Below, piece after piece: positions 11,410-23,414 of a stretch of DNA of 43,430 nt (position 1 is its first letter; each line of letters opens with the position of its first letter). The notes beneath the pieces are model-generated. The model was not told the origin of the DNA. It saw only the letters and a list, made by a program, of their open reading frames with translations, and did not search any database. The translations under genes and the position numbers were made by a program. This stretch comes from Alloascoidea hylecoeti (Eukaryota): positions 66,910 to 110,339 of the forward strand of contig BCKZ01000031.1 of NCBI GenBank assembly GCA_001600815.1, written 5' to 3'.

Positions 11410-11682
11410 TATTTGAGAAATTGAGATGGTAAATTTGGTTCTCGTAAAATATTAAATATCAATAAATTAATAATAAAAAAGGATGAAATGAAATAAAAGC
11501 AAATGAAATTAAATAATTAAAAGGAAAGTATCAGGCTAATATTATTTAGTTATATAAAAATAGTAATCGAATAATTAAAATTGTGATGAGCTTTCCTTTT
11601 ATACGATCATACATGTTGATAAACTTATTACTCATTCAGGATATAATTATGCATTAGACAAGTCCCCATTTGGAAACAGACA

Positions 11683-11717
11683 TGCTGGATGAACCCAAAT
11701 TGAAAGGAAAGGCTGGT
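11683..11717. promoter_or_regulatory. Two Ace2/Swi5-type sites upstream of DSE1
   Basis: TGCTGG at 11683-11688 and GGCTGGT at 11711-11717 (CCAGC core), about 280-310 bp upstream of the DSE1 ATG. DSE1 is an Ace2 target in S. cerevisiae. Confidence 0.55.
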
Positions 11718-11837
11718 TGACGCACAGCCATCTCGAGGAAGTTGCATACCAACACCCTAACATCCATCTGAGTTACTCCAAGAAAATGATTTTGTCCTCT
11801 TCTTTTAGCATTTATTACTTATTTTCAGCCTTCAGTC

Positions 11838-14472
11838 ATGGTTCGCCCAAAGTAAGTAAAACTATAATTCTATATTGGTCTAAAACGGATTACTAACTGT
11901 TACTTTAGTACTAAGAAAATAAACGTCAAAGGTACGCTTTTTATATCGAAAATGATATTTATAAACTAAGTGAAAAATACTAAAGTATAAACAAAACACA
12001 AACAGTTGTTGCCGCAGAGAGCCTTTACAGAAGGGAGATGTTTCGTATGTCACAACCGTCATTTAATTACAATAAAAACACAGGGATTGGAAATTAATTT
12101 CTATTTATAGGACTCCCCGATCCATTTGCTGTTTTGATGGTGGATGGTGGGCAAACCAAATCAACCAATGTTTGCAAAAAAACATTAAATCCATACTGGC
12201 GGGAAGATTTTGATTTGTATGTTGGAAAATTCATATTTTATCTTCTATTTGCATTACTAATATTTTTTTTTTTATGATTCTTAGAAATGTTAAGGAATCA
12301 AGTATCATAACAATCCAATTATTTGATCAGAAAAAGTTTAAAAAGAAAGATCAAGGCTTCTTAGGTGTAGTAAACCTTCGAGTTGGTGATGTTTTAGACC
12401 TGGATTTACCAACAGGTGAAGGTATGATTTGTCTAATTTTGTATTTTAAACGCATTTTATCTAATTTTTATATTCATGGCTTAGAAACGATAACAAGAGA
12501 CTTAAAAAAATCAAATGATAATTTAGCTGTGAGCGGGAAAATTATTGTAATTTTAACAAATAATCCAGTTGAATCATCATCTCAACAAAATAATAGCAAT
12601 CAAGTATCAAACAATGAAAGTATTTCTGCTCCTAATGCAAATAGTCAGGATCAAGAAGGAGTTTTACCACCAGGTTGGGTTCAAAAAGTTGATACATTTG
12701 GTAGAACATATTATGTTGATCATACTACTCAACAGACTACTTGGACAAGACCATCATTAGTACCAGCTGAATTACAAAGACAACGAGATGAAACAACTCA
12801 ACAGCAGCGTATTCAACATGGAGGTAGAACTTTGCCAGGTAATAATACCCAAACAGATAATGCAACAGGCAGTTCAAATGGTATAACAAGTACCTCAAAT
12901 GGTACAAGTACATCTACTTCCACATCAAGTAATGTTAACAGCACAACAACGTCAATGACAGCAGCTTTATCTATGGCTACGAGTGGTACGACAACGTCAG
13001 GACTTGGAGATTTACCAGCAGGTTGGGAACAACGGTTTACACCTGAAGGACGTCCATATTTTGTTGATCATAATGTTCGTATCACAACATGGGTTGATCC
13101 ACGTCGTCAACAATATCTTCAAATGTTACGATTTGACAGAGACGGTACCGGTAACCAAATTCAACAAACCCAAATTCAACAACAACCTGTCTCACAATTA
13201 GGACCATTACCAACGGGTTGGGAGATGAGGTTAACAGGTACAGCAAGGGTTTATTTTGTTGATCATAATACGAAAACAACAACATGGGATGATCCTAGAT
13301 TACCTTCATCATTGGATCAAAATGTACCACAATATAAACGAGATTTCAGGCGTAAAGTGATTTATTTTAGATCTCAACCGTCATTGAGAATTTTACCAGG
13401 ACAATGTCATATTAAAGTTAACAGAGAACGAATATTTGAAGATTCTTTCCGTGAAATTATGAGACAAACACCTGATGATTTGAAAAAAAGATTAATGATT
13501 AAATTTGAAGGAGAAGAAGGATTAGATTATGGTGGAATTTCAAGAGAATTTTTCTTTTTATTATCTCATGAAATGTTTAATCCAATTTATTGTTTATTTG
13601 AATATTCTGCTCATGATAATTATACATTACAAATTAATCATAATTCAGGTGTTAATCCAGAACATTTAAAATATTTTAAATTTATTGGTAGAGTTGTTGG
13701 ATTAGGTATATTTCATCGACGATTTTTGGATGCTTTTTTCATTGGAGCATTATATAAAATGATGTTGAAAAAAAAGATAAGTTTAGAAGATATGGAAGGC
13801 GTTGATACGGAATTTCATAATAGTCTACAATGGATGTTAGATAATGATATAACTGATGTCTTGGATTTAACATTTTCAACAGATGAAGAAAGATTCGGAG
13901 AAAGGGTAACATTAGATTTAATTGAAAATGGAAGGAATATACCGGTCACTAATGAGAATAAGAAGGAGTATGTTGAAAAAATTAGTGAGTGGAGAATAGT
14001 TAAAAGAGTCGATGAGCAATTCCAAGCATTCCAAGCAGGGTTTAATGAATTAATACCACAGGAATTAGTAAACGTTTTTGATGAACGTGAATTGGAATTA
14101 CTTATTGGAGGTATATCGGAGATTGATGTTGAAGATTGGAAGAGTCATACTGATTATCGAGGGTATACGGAAAATGATCCAACTATTAAATGGTTTTGGA
14201 AATGTATGGAGAGTTGGGACTCAGAACAAAAATCTAGACTATTACAATTTACAACGGGGACTTCTAGAATTCCGGTCAATGGATTTAAAGATTTACAAGG
14301 ATCCGATGGGCCAAGACGATTTACTATCGAAAAAACTGGGGAAAACAATCAATTACCGAAAAGTCATACATGCTTTAATAGAGTTGATTTACCTCCTTAT
14401 ACTTCATATGATACCTTAGTCCAAAAGTTAACTATGGCCGTTGAAGAAACGGTTGGATTTGGTCAAGAATGA
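11838..14472 (+). CDS. RSP5: Rsp5/Nedd4 HECT E3 ubiquitin ligase (C2-3xWW-HECT); 6 exons 11838-11851, 11909-11931, 12006-12044, 12111-12216, 12285-12421, 12485-14472; 768 aa
   Basis: Spliced N-terminus [33 protein letters not shown]...KKTLNPYW; three WW domains; HECT ending [14 protein letters not shown]...EETVGFGQE. Confidence 0.97.
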
Positions 14473-14940
14473 ATAGTTTTAGTTTATATTTTAATTATGA
14501 TAAGTTTAACTAATATTTAATTCATATCTCAATTTAAGAGCAATTTTTTTAAAAATTAAAAAAGTAATTAATTTCTTCTATTTCCCGCTCGGGAATTCAA
14601 TGGACACAAACACAAACAGAAACCATGTACAAATTTATTTTAAGGTTTCCGCAAATAATGAGCATATCATATCACAATATATTGTGAAATCTACAAAGAA
14701 ATTTTTTTTTCAAATATATAGTAAATTTATTGTAAGAAAGCATAACTACTATATAAGATATAACGATTTTGTGTAAACACAATTGCAAAATGATAATATT
14801 GAAACCCCCATAGAATATTAACAAACAAACATAACAAATTATTATTGAAATAACACCCATAACTTAAACCATAACCATAATAGACAGACAAAAAATAAAT
14901 ACTTTGTAGAAATTTGTTGGATAGATTTGATTTAAGAATA

Positions 14941-15396
14941 TCATAAAACAACGTTTAACCATTTCTTGTAGTTATCAACGGATTGTATCTGTATATCTGA
15001 AGTATGCTGAGTTTTTGTAAAGTCTATAGATATCGGTATATTGTTGCACTTAGGAGAAGACTCGGGTGTCGATATGTGTAAGAATTGTGTAGATAGCAGA
15101 AAAGAACCTTCAGAAGATTGTGAAGACGATAGAGATTTTGAGTATATGCTTTCAAAACTAGACGACAGTTGTGGAGAAGAGTAAATACCCGAGCTGGACA
15201 TTATGGAGGAGGCATCTGACGATATCCTTGAGTTCTGAGGTGTGGAGTATAAAGGAGAAAAGGTATGGGATTGCTCTAATTCAGGACAGATGTGAGCGTT
15301 AGCCAGAGATAATTCCTTCTGTTCGCATTTGTTGGAGCAGTAGAGGGCGCCTGAAGCACATTGCTTATCGCAGACAAGACAGTAATCCTGGAACAT
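14941..15396 (-). CDS. ECL1: Ecl1-family (extender of chronological lifespan) small zinc-binding protein, 151 aa
   Basis: N-terminal F.DYCLVCDKQ...LYCS..C four-Cys motif, Ser-rich middle and C-terminal NYKKWL. Confidence 0.8.
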   Translation of the reverse strand: MFQDYCLVCDKQCASGALYCSNKCEQKELSLANAHICPELEQSHTFSPLYSTPQNSRISSDASSIMSSSGIYSSPQLSSSFESIYSKSLSSSQSSEGSFLLSTQFLHISTPESSPKCNNIPISIDFTKTQHTSDIQIQSVDNYKKWLNVVL

Positions 15397-15493
15397 TTTT
15401 GGAGGTTTTGTTTGAAGAAAGACGATGAAAAATGAAAAATATGAATGGATTTGAGGGAGCAGAGCTTGTTTATATATTTATTTCTTTATTATG

Positions 15494-15599
15494 TGAGTCA
15501 GTGGAAATTATATTATATTTATGCACCCGAAGATGACTCAGAAACATGCATTTGCATATGCAGTCCCGCACCGCACCGGACATGACACACACCCACGTG
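15494..15599. promoter_or_regulatory. Two Gcn4/AP-1 sites plus a Pho4-like E-box in the ECL1/PSF2 divergent promoter
   Basis: TGAGTCA at 15494-15500, TGACTCA at 15534-15540, and CCCACGTGC (=GCACGTGGG) with core at 15594-15599. TATATAAA on the minus strand near 15470. Confidence 0.6.
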
Positions 15600-15648
15600 C
15601 TCTCTTTCTGACTTTCCTCCTCTTCGTCATTTTAGTCCCAATATCGCC

Positions 15649-16418
15649 ATGGCCTTACCTTCCAGACTGAAAGAAACATTTCTCCCCTCCGAAATATTCT
15701 TCCTCGCTGAAAATGACGAAATCTCCATCATACCAAGACAATCCATGAACCCTCTGAATCTCATATCCGTAAGTTTTCTTCACGTACCCTACGTCTTATT
15801 TCTTACTGACGAAATTTAAAATTACAGACGACTCTACCGCGTTTGAGGCCAATGAGAAGGGTTAAGGTTTCATTGTGGCTAGCAATACTACTGAAAAAGC
15901 AAGGAAGGTGTAACATTGTGCCTCCAGATTGGCTTAATGAAGACTTTTTAAAAGAAATGCACAAAAACGAAATTCAAAATCCTGATGAATTTTCAAAATT
16001 ACCTTGGAATTGGCTAGAAATTTCTCAATTGTTTTTAACAAACGCTCCTGACGATTTACCAATTTCATCGACGGTTTTAAAAACCTGTATACGAGATTTA
16101 AGGGAAGTTAGATTAATAAAATCAAGACGTGGTATAAAAGAATTAAATGAATCTCATGTTCAATTAGATAATTTGGGAATATTAGAAATTAATGAAATGA
16201 GACCTTATGTCGCTAATGTTATGGATGGTTTAAGACGTTTACAGAAAGCCTCCGATGGTGAAGGTCCAGATCTAGAACTTGACTATGAAGGTTCTGGGAT
16301 CGCAAATACTACTATTATTGAAGATAAAAGTTCACAAATAAATTCTTCCAATTTAGGACATACTTTTGGAAGAAATGACTCGCAATTTCTTAATGAAAAT
16401 AGTGATGAAGATTTTTAA
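15649..16418 (+). CDS. PSF2: GINS complex subunit Psf2; 2 exons 15649-15768, 15828-16418; 236 aa
   Basis: MALP...FLPSEIFFLAENDEISIIPR, LWLAILLKKQGRCNIVPPDWL, IRDLREVR, LEINEMRP. Intron GTAAGT...TACTGAC...CAG. Confidence 0.95.
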
Positions 16419-17017
16419 TATACCTACATACTTTATGATTAATTGATGATACTCTCCGAAGTAATAATAATGAAACTTCTTATCTTATAATTGCAACTAG
16501 TAGTCACAAATCAAATGTCATAATGCAAAAGATTAATATTACAACGGAACAAAAGAATTCAATGATCTTTACCTAGTAGATTGCTTCTAAATTAATTAAC
16601 TGGGATTGTAAAATTTGCTCATCTCTCAATTTTAACAAATAATGATTCATAATTAATATTAGATTAGATCATAATCTCAATCGATGATTCTACATATATA
16701 CTAAAAACAAACAAACTATTTATAATAGATACCGGAATCACACATGTGCACGTGTGCTATTTACAACCAATTAAAATCGCATATTTTATTTTTCAAAAAA
16801 AAAATAGGCTTTATAATTTATTATAAAGCTTATTATCATTAAAATTATACCATTAACTAGATCAATCGCGTAGTATTTATTCGAATACATGTACGATTAT
16901 TATGAAATTATTTTATCATATCACTTGATTATTATATGATTGGCGATATCGATTCTGAATTGAAAAAGAAATTACGTGCTCGATTTTCTGACGTAACAAA
17001 ATAAATCAAAAATATGG

Positions 17018-17112
17018 TGAGAGTCACGAGATTCGAACTCGCGCATCCGAAGATATCAGAGAATTCAATGAGAACCTAAATCTGACGCCTTAGACCACTC
17101 GGCCAAACTCCC
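17018..17112 (-). tRNA. tRNA-Leu(UAG) with 13-nt intron; genomic CCA follows at 17017-17015
   Basis: Minus strand GGGAGTTTGGCCGAGTGGTCTAAGGCGTCAGA TT TAG G [TTCTCATTGAATT] C TCTGA TATCTTCGGATG CGCGAGTTCGAATCTCGTG ACTCTCA. A and B boxes, long variable arm, T5 terminator downstream. Confidence 0.95.
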
Positions 17113-19684
17113 AAAATCTTCTAATTTCGAAAATACAGAAATACACCTATTCTGTATATGAATTATAAAGAGTTAAAAAAATTAAAAGTAAAAACATCTT
17201 TATATTGTTATTGTTATCACAATATATTAGAAGAACATTAGAGAATCTACTAGAGATAACTTGCGCTTATAATCAGATTTTTATAATTGGCCATTTAAAT
17301 TTGTTTATTTTTTTAATCGTTTTGTAGATCAATTCAGCGTTAAATATCTATAGATACCATTTAATATTCCCCGTTCCAGTTTTATATGATACTTAAAATT
17401 ATAATTGAAAGCGTATGAATGGTTAAATGAAATCTGATCAGCTCACTCTTTCTTTTAGAAACTCAATAATATTTCAGTTGATATATATGTGACATGTGTA
17501 GAGAGCAAGAGGTAGGTAAAGTATCAATTTAGTGTGCCTTATCAATTATCCTGACTTTTCATTTCATTCTAAAATTGCATATAATTATGAAGCGCAATAT
17601 TCTATAAGACTCTTATAGTCACATTCACTGCTCCTGGAACCCTTTTGATGGAGATCGCTCAATCTCATATCCCAATAGCTATTAGTTATAATTGAAAATA
17701 TTCCGAAACCTGATCATATGCAGCTATATTTTTTATCTCTTTCACTTATTTCAATTTCAGTTTTAACTGATAATGAATATTATATCTTGAAAATGTAGCT
17801 TGAGACGATCATTAAATTTGATCTAGAGCTATAAGTATGAAACAAAGATCAATTAAGATTAATATTGAAGAAATAGTTTTGAAGATTTACAAAGGTTTTG
17901 AACTTAGATCAACCAATTAATTATACTGTCAAATTAGCTATTTAAGGAAGATCAACTCACTCCCAATGATTTGAAATTCTTTAAGATAATTTGCTGCTAA
18001 AAAATCATTAAATTATGCTGAAATGGAAGATATACAGAAGGAATATCTGATATTCATATAGTTAATGTAAATTGGTACAAAAATAAATTCTGCGAGCTTA
18101 GCGATTACACAGCGGAAGGTACATAACAAATAATTAAATATAATTGTTAATGTTGATAGCGAAACTTTAATCGGATCAAAATGCTGCAACTACTGTTGAT
18201 AACAACTTTAACGATAATGTTAACAATAATGATATATGATTGCTATTCTTTTTCTTTGGCTTATTCATCAGCAAACCTAATATCATATCCACCTTTCACT
18301 AAATTCAATCATTGCTCACAAGTTCCTAGAAGGTCGTAAACCACTTTGTTATTATGAATTGATCAAGTTTCTCAACAGAAAAATTGCAATTGATGTATAG
18401 ATAAGCTTAATTAGAATAATCCTAGCTGGAAGTACAACTGCAGCTGTTAATAATTGTTCCATTCGAAATTAAAGGCCGTTAAAAAAAATCACATTTATGA
18501 ATCATTCATTTTTAGATCTAGAGACTAGAAGAGAGTCTACAGACTAGCAGTTAACATATATTTAGAAAGTAGAAAGTTTTCCATCTGTATATTAGATCTA
18601 GGCCTAGATATAGGTAACTTTAAATTTGGACTTAATCTAAATCGAGATCAAGAAACTGCAGCAATACAAATATTGATAATAAAATATTGGGTATATATAA
18701 TTGTATAATTTGCAGGCGATCTGTCCAAAATAACGTATAAATCTGGGATCAACACTATAGAAAGTTGAATTCGAATTTGATAAATAAATATATCTTTATT
18801 AAATATTTATCATTTTCCATTCGCATTAACATTAACATTGACTGTATTTATATGATTAGATATTGGGTTAGCATTAATATGGATCAACGTAATCAATTAA
18901 TACTAATAATCTTAAGCCCTTGATTATTCAGTCGTTCGTGGCTATAAACTATTGGAAATTGAATATATTCCTCCTATGATATGTACTTGAAACTAATTAA
19001 TTCACATGAATAAGGCTTCACTCGTGCTATATGGTGGATCACATCGATATCTAAGGCAGAAAAATAATAATTATGGTAGAGTGGACGAATAATATGGTCA
19101 TGGACGGGTAACTTCCTAATATGACACTGTACATATACATATTGCTATATAAGGACATATGACATATTTGCAGAATTACTGTATATGGCAATGAATACTC
19201 TAAATTGAAGTCACTGAATTGGAAAATGGCGATATTGTTTTGATTGTTTATTATAAATTCAGCACTGGTAATAGCAACATGTATGTTAATAAAAAAATAC
19301 TAAACTTCTACAAAGTAAAATACAAAGAACGAAAAAAAGAATAATTTAAGATCCACCAAATATCTTGAGAACTTGAAAATAACTTCCTTAATCACCTTCA
19401 GAAATCAGCCTTCAAAGATCACCTTCAGTATCTGAATTTAAATCATTATTATCATTAACACAGCGATGCTTGGTAAACTTTATGGTGCAAAAAAGATTGT
19501 ACCTTCAATGACCCTCCTATCAAAGCCGCTTCATATGATCCAAATTCAACACACCTCCTTCATGCGATCTAATAAAATAAAAGAGCATAATAGATTTAAT
19601 TGACTATTTATCTATACGGTTAAATATTTAAAATTGTCACTTGATGTTCTTGGTCAAGTCTAAAGTATTTTTGACCACTCCAAA

Positions 19685-20140
19685 AATCACCCTAAAAACT
19701 CTTTTGAAAACCCATGAATATGTAACATTTCCGGTCCTTAAAAGACCTTATCTGAATGAGAAGAACCGAAGGAACAGAAACATATAGTCTAAAAATAGAT
19801 CAGAGTGATCTAGATTTTTCTATTAATATTCTTTTGGTTCTTATCATTCACAAAAGGCGTTTTAGGTAACGGAAATGTTACATATTCATGCTTTCTCAAA
19901 AGGGTTGTTGGGGTGGTATATATCAAAGTTGAACTTTGAAACCAGCTTATCAAACGTATTCGAGGGGAAGATTTTACAACGTCATAATTTAACTAATTTC
20001 CCTTTCAGTAAGTCTTGTGGGCTTTTCCTTTCGGAGTGTGCTACACAAGAAAGGTTTTGGTATATTTTTGTTTTGTGAATAGACTAGCTGCAGTTGAAGG
20101 CTTGATATTAAGCCTTTTGCCTATTTTGGAAATTAAGAAG
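19685..20140 (-). mobile_element. Decayed Tc1 transposase relic, copy 2 (N-terminal half), ending in a fold-back
   Basis: Minus strand: ISKIGKRLNIKPSTAASL (HTH), PTRLTEREI, LLRKHEYVTFPLPKTPFVNDKN. Inverted plus arm: LLKTHEYVTFPVLKRPYLNEKNRRNR. DNA aligns with 6690-7012. Confidence 0.8.
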
Positions 20141-23100
20141 GTAGATTAAATATAGGGCCTATACTATATTTCAATTGTGACAAAATCAGAGATTCAGACC
20201 TAGTAGCTTCCAACTTAAACATCCGTGTTTGCAATTATCAAGATTAATCCTTGGATTTTAGTTCTTCATTGTTTTACAGCAATTGTGGGTTTAATGTCCA
20301 TATGGCTTATATGTTTGATCCTCAACAGAAACAAATATATAAAATGCATAATTTCGTTATAATTACATTTATATTTAGAATAGAGATAGCTTTTATACAT
20401 ACTTGGGATATATAAATAAGAGGTTTTCTTGACTTTAAGAAAATCAGTCTACAAGTTTTAATACAATATATTATATCCTTCATTATTTAATATCCGATAT
20501 CGAAATGACAGACGCGATTGCTTTACATAAATAACCTGAAATTTCGCTTTGCCAATTATTAAAAAAGTTGGAGTTTTCTTGGAGTGTGGAGTGGTGAAAA
20601 ATAGTCATATCTTTTAATTTTACCAGTTGTATTACCAAAGAATTTGCAATTTTCTACTGTTTGTTAGGATATTTTAACTAAACTATAACTATTTTATAAC
20701 TACCTTTTTTGTAGAAACAGAACATTATTGCTTTTAAAAGACTTTTGTCAAACCTTGAATTCAATATAAAATGATAATATATGTATTATGTACGCCGATG
20801 TTAATAAATATCAATAACATCGACATTACGTTACCGACCAATCAGCCACTACCTTTTTAGATAGATATGACATGATTGCTTGGAAGCCGCCTGACGTTCT
20901 TGATTCTTAAATTCTTCGAAAAGGAAAAAGACAACATGCTATAGTTCAATTGGCTGAAGTGGTTATATGGCAAATATAAATACAAGTCATGCAACGTTTA
21001 CAATGCAGGTGAGACTGGTTGTACTATATTCCCAGGGGTGTTGTTTCCAGTAGACTCTCAGTCTATTCCTTTGTTGATCCCTCCTAGAAGGGAACTAGTC
21101 ACTTGTGTTGAATTTGTCAATGTTCATCATATTAAAAAAGCAAAAAGATATAATAGATGGTCTAAAGACCTCAGAGAGGAGGAAAAGAAAAAAAGGGTCG
21201 TTAAGTGCTCAAGAAGGGGGTAGCTCTCCTTCACAAGTTACAGGATAAGAAAAACGTCCCGCCTGAGAATAAGAAGGACTCATATGGCGAGTTACCACTA
21301 GTACTTGTTAAGCCGCTCATGAAAAAACTTTCGGCTAATCATAGGGTGTGTGTTGTCAATGGAAAAAGAGGGAACAGACTCATCACATGATTAAATGGCA
21401 CTTTACTTACTTATCGGATCAGTGATTCACCTATGTGATATAGCCTTCGCTTGGTTACTTAACTGGAAACGGCTGGAATCCCTCAATGTATTAAGGAAAA
21501 CCCTGTAAATGAAATGATTGAGTTACTATAATTGTGACTCCTATTACCAGAGGCTGTAACAATACATAAGGTTATATAATTTTTTGAATCTTTTGAATTT
21601 TTTGAAAAGTTTATTTTGATTTTCCATCTATCAAGTTATAATGGTAATTATATATTTTGAGTTACCACTTTAGCTATACTAATTACACAGCCATCACAAG
21701 GTCGATTATTTAGTTCAAATAGTGACCGAAATTAAGTAGAATGACTCTATAAGTAATTTTATCTCGCCATTATCATAAGTCTAGTTTTGACTTCATGTGT
21801 TTCCCGAATCACGATGCTACATAATATATCTATTGATAATGAATTCCAATGTGATATAATTATATGCTATAGTTAAATCTAGAGTTACCAACCAACCACT
21901 ATACTAATAATACTATAGATATATTTAAGGGATCAAATCAATTACGTAATTACTAAATAAGGAGTGCTTCGTATAATTATAATATAGGTTTATTATTAGC
22001 ATTGCTGTCATTCGGCGATTATATATATTGTTATGGCGTTTAGTTAATTTCTGACATGAACTAATTAAGGACGAATATTGATTTAAAATTTCAAAATGAT
22101 ATTATTATTAGTATAATTGTATAACTTTGAAGGAAAATTCATGTGGTTTGTAGATATTAGATCGTAAATACAATAATAAAGGGTCGTAAAAAAAGATGAT
22201 GTTTAAGATCCCTTAATAATTATAAGATGAAACAACCACAACAACGTTAACAGCATCTGCATACATATGTTACTAATAACTTACTATTATCATACCGATA
22301 CCCTGTATAAAAGATACGAATCTATATGGATATGACAAAGTGATAAAATTGATTACAATTTAAATTTGAATCCAATTAATAGTTTTGACCAGATCATGAT
22401 CGAGTTTACATCATGAAAATTATGTTGATTGGAAAATTACGATCTATAAATTTTGAAACTGTTAGAAATAATTTTACCGAGAATATATCGATCGAATATT
22501 AATTTGATGACCTACAACATGTTAATAATTGATCAATTGATGTTATCATGTTAATGAAAATCTCGTACCACAGGCCAATTGTAATGCATAATGATCTGAT
22601 GATTGTAAAATTTAAACCTTCTACGTTAACCTTGCAAAAAGAGCCTAGTTCTGTAATAGAACTTGGTACATCTATTTAAATTACCATAGCTATACTCCGG
22701 TAAACTATCTGATATTCCATTATGATATTATTCATTTACAAATACTTTAGATTGTACAATAAAACGTTAAATAATGGCAAACGGTCTTATTTGAATCGGA
22801 AACTTACTAATTAATACATTTCACACTAGCCAGTAGCTAGCTCTTTCTATAAATTTAGAAGAATCAGAAGACCAATTGTTTGATGATAGTTTACTATGGC
22901 ATAAGTAATTTCTAGAATTCACGAAATCTTATAATTATACACCTATAAATTCTATAATGAATTCAAACACTGAAACGCCACAAAGATATTTTCTTTAAAC
23001 AATTCAACAGGAATCATATCGGTCTATTGTATTTATATATAATACATAATGGCGTTATAACTATTCCAATTGTATGTAGCTAAATTGAGTTAACGTATAT

Positions 23101-23414
23101 AATAATAATAATACACTCTATGGTACTAAATTTAAAGGATATAATACTATTCCCTTAAAAGTTTAACAAGTTGAATTGATCATGAATTTATTTAAAACTC
23201 TGCTTTTGGTTTCAAATTCAAATATAAGTAATATGTTATTTATATGAAATATATTTATAGCCATACATAGTTAATAATTAGTTCAGTCTCTTTCTTCTCC
23301 TGTTTAGTAACCAATAAATCTTTGGAAAAAAAATATAATAATAATAGAATAAATTGTTAAAACATATCGTGCCAGACATAAATCCTTACTACATATGTTA
23401 TTGTTATTGTGATT

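Noticed and set aside
12274..12284. ORF-track start for RSP5
   Set aside because: The ATG lies within intron 4; the spliced upstream exons supply the conserved C2 N-terminus.
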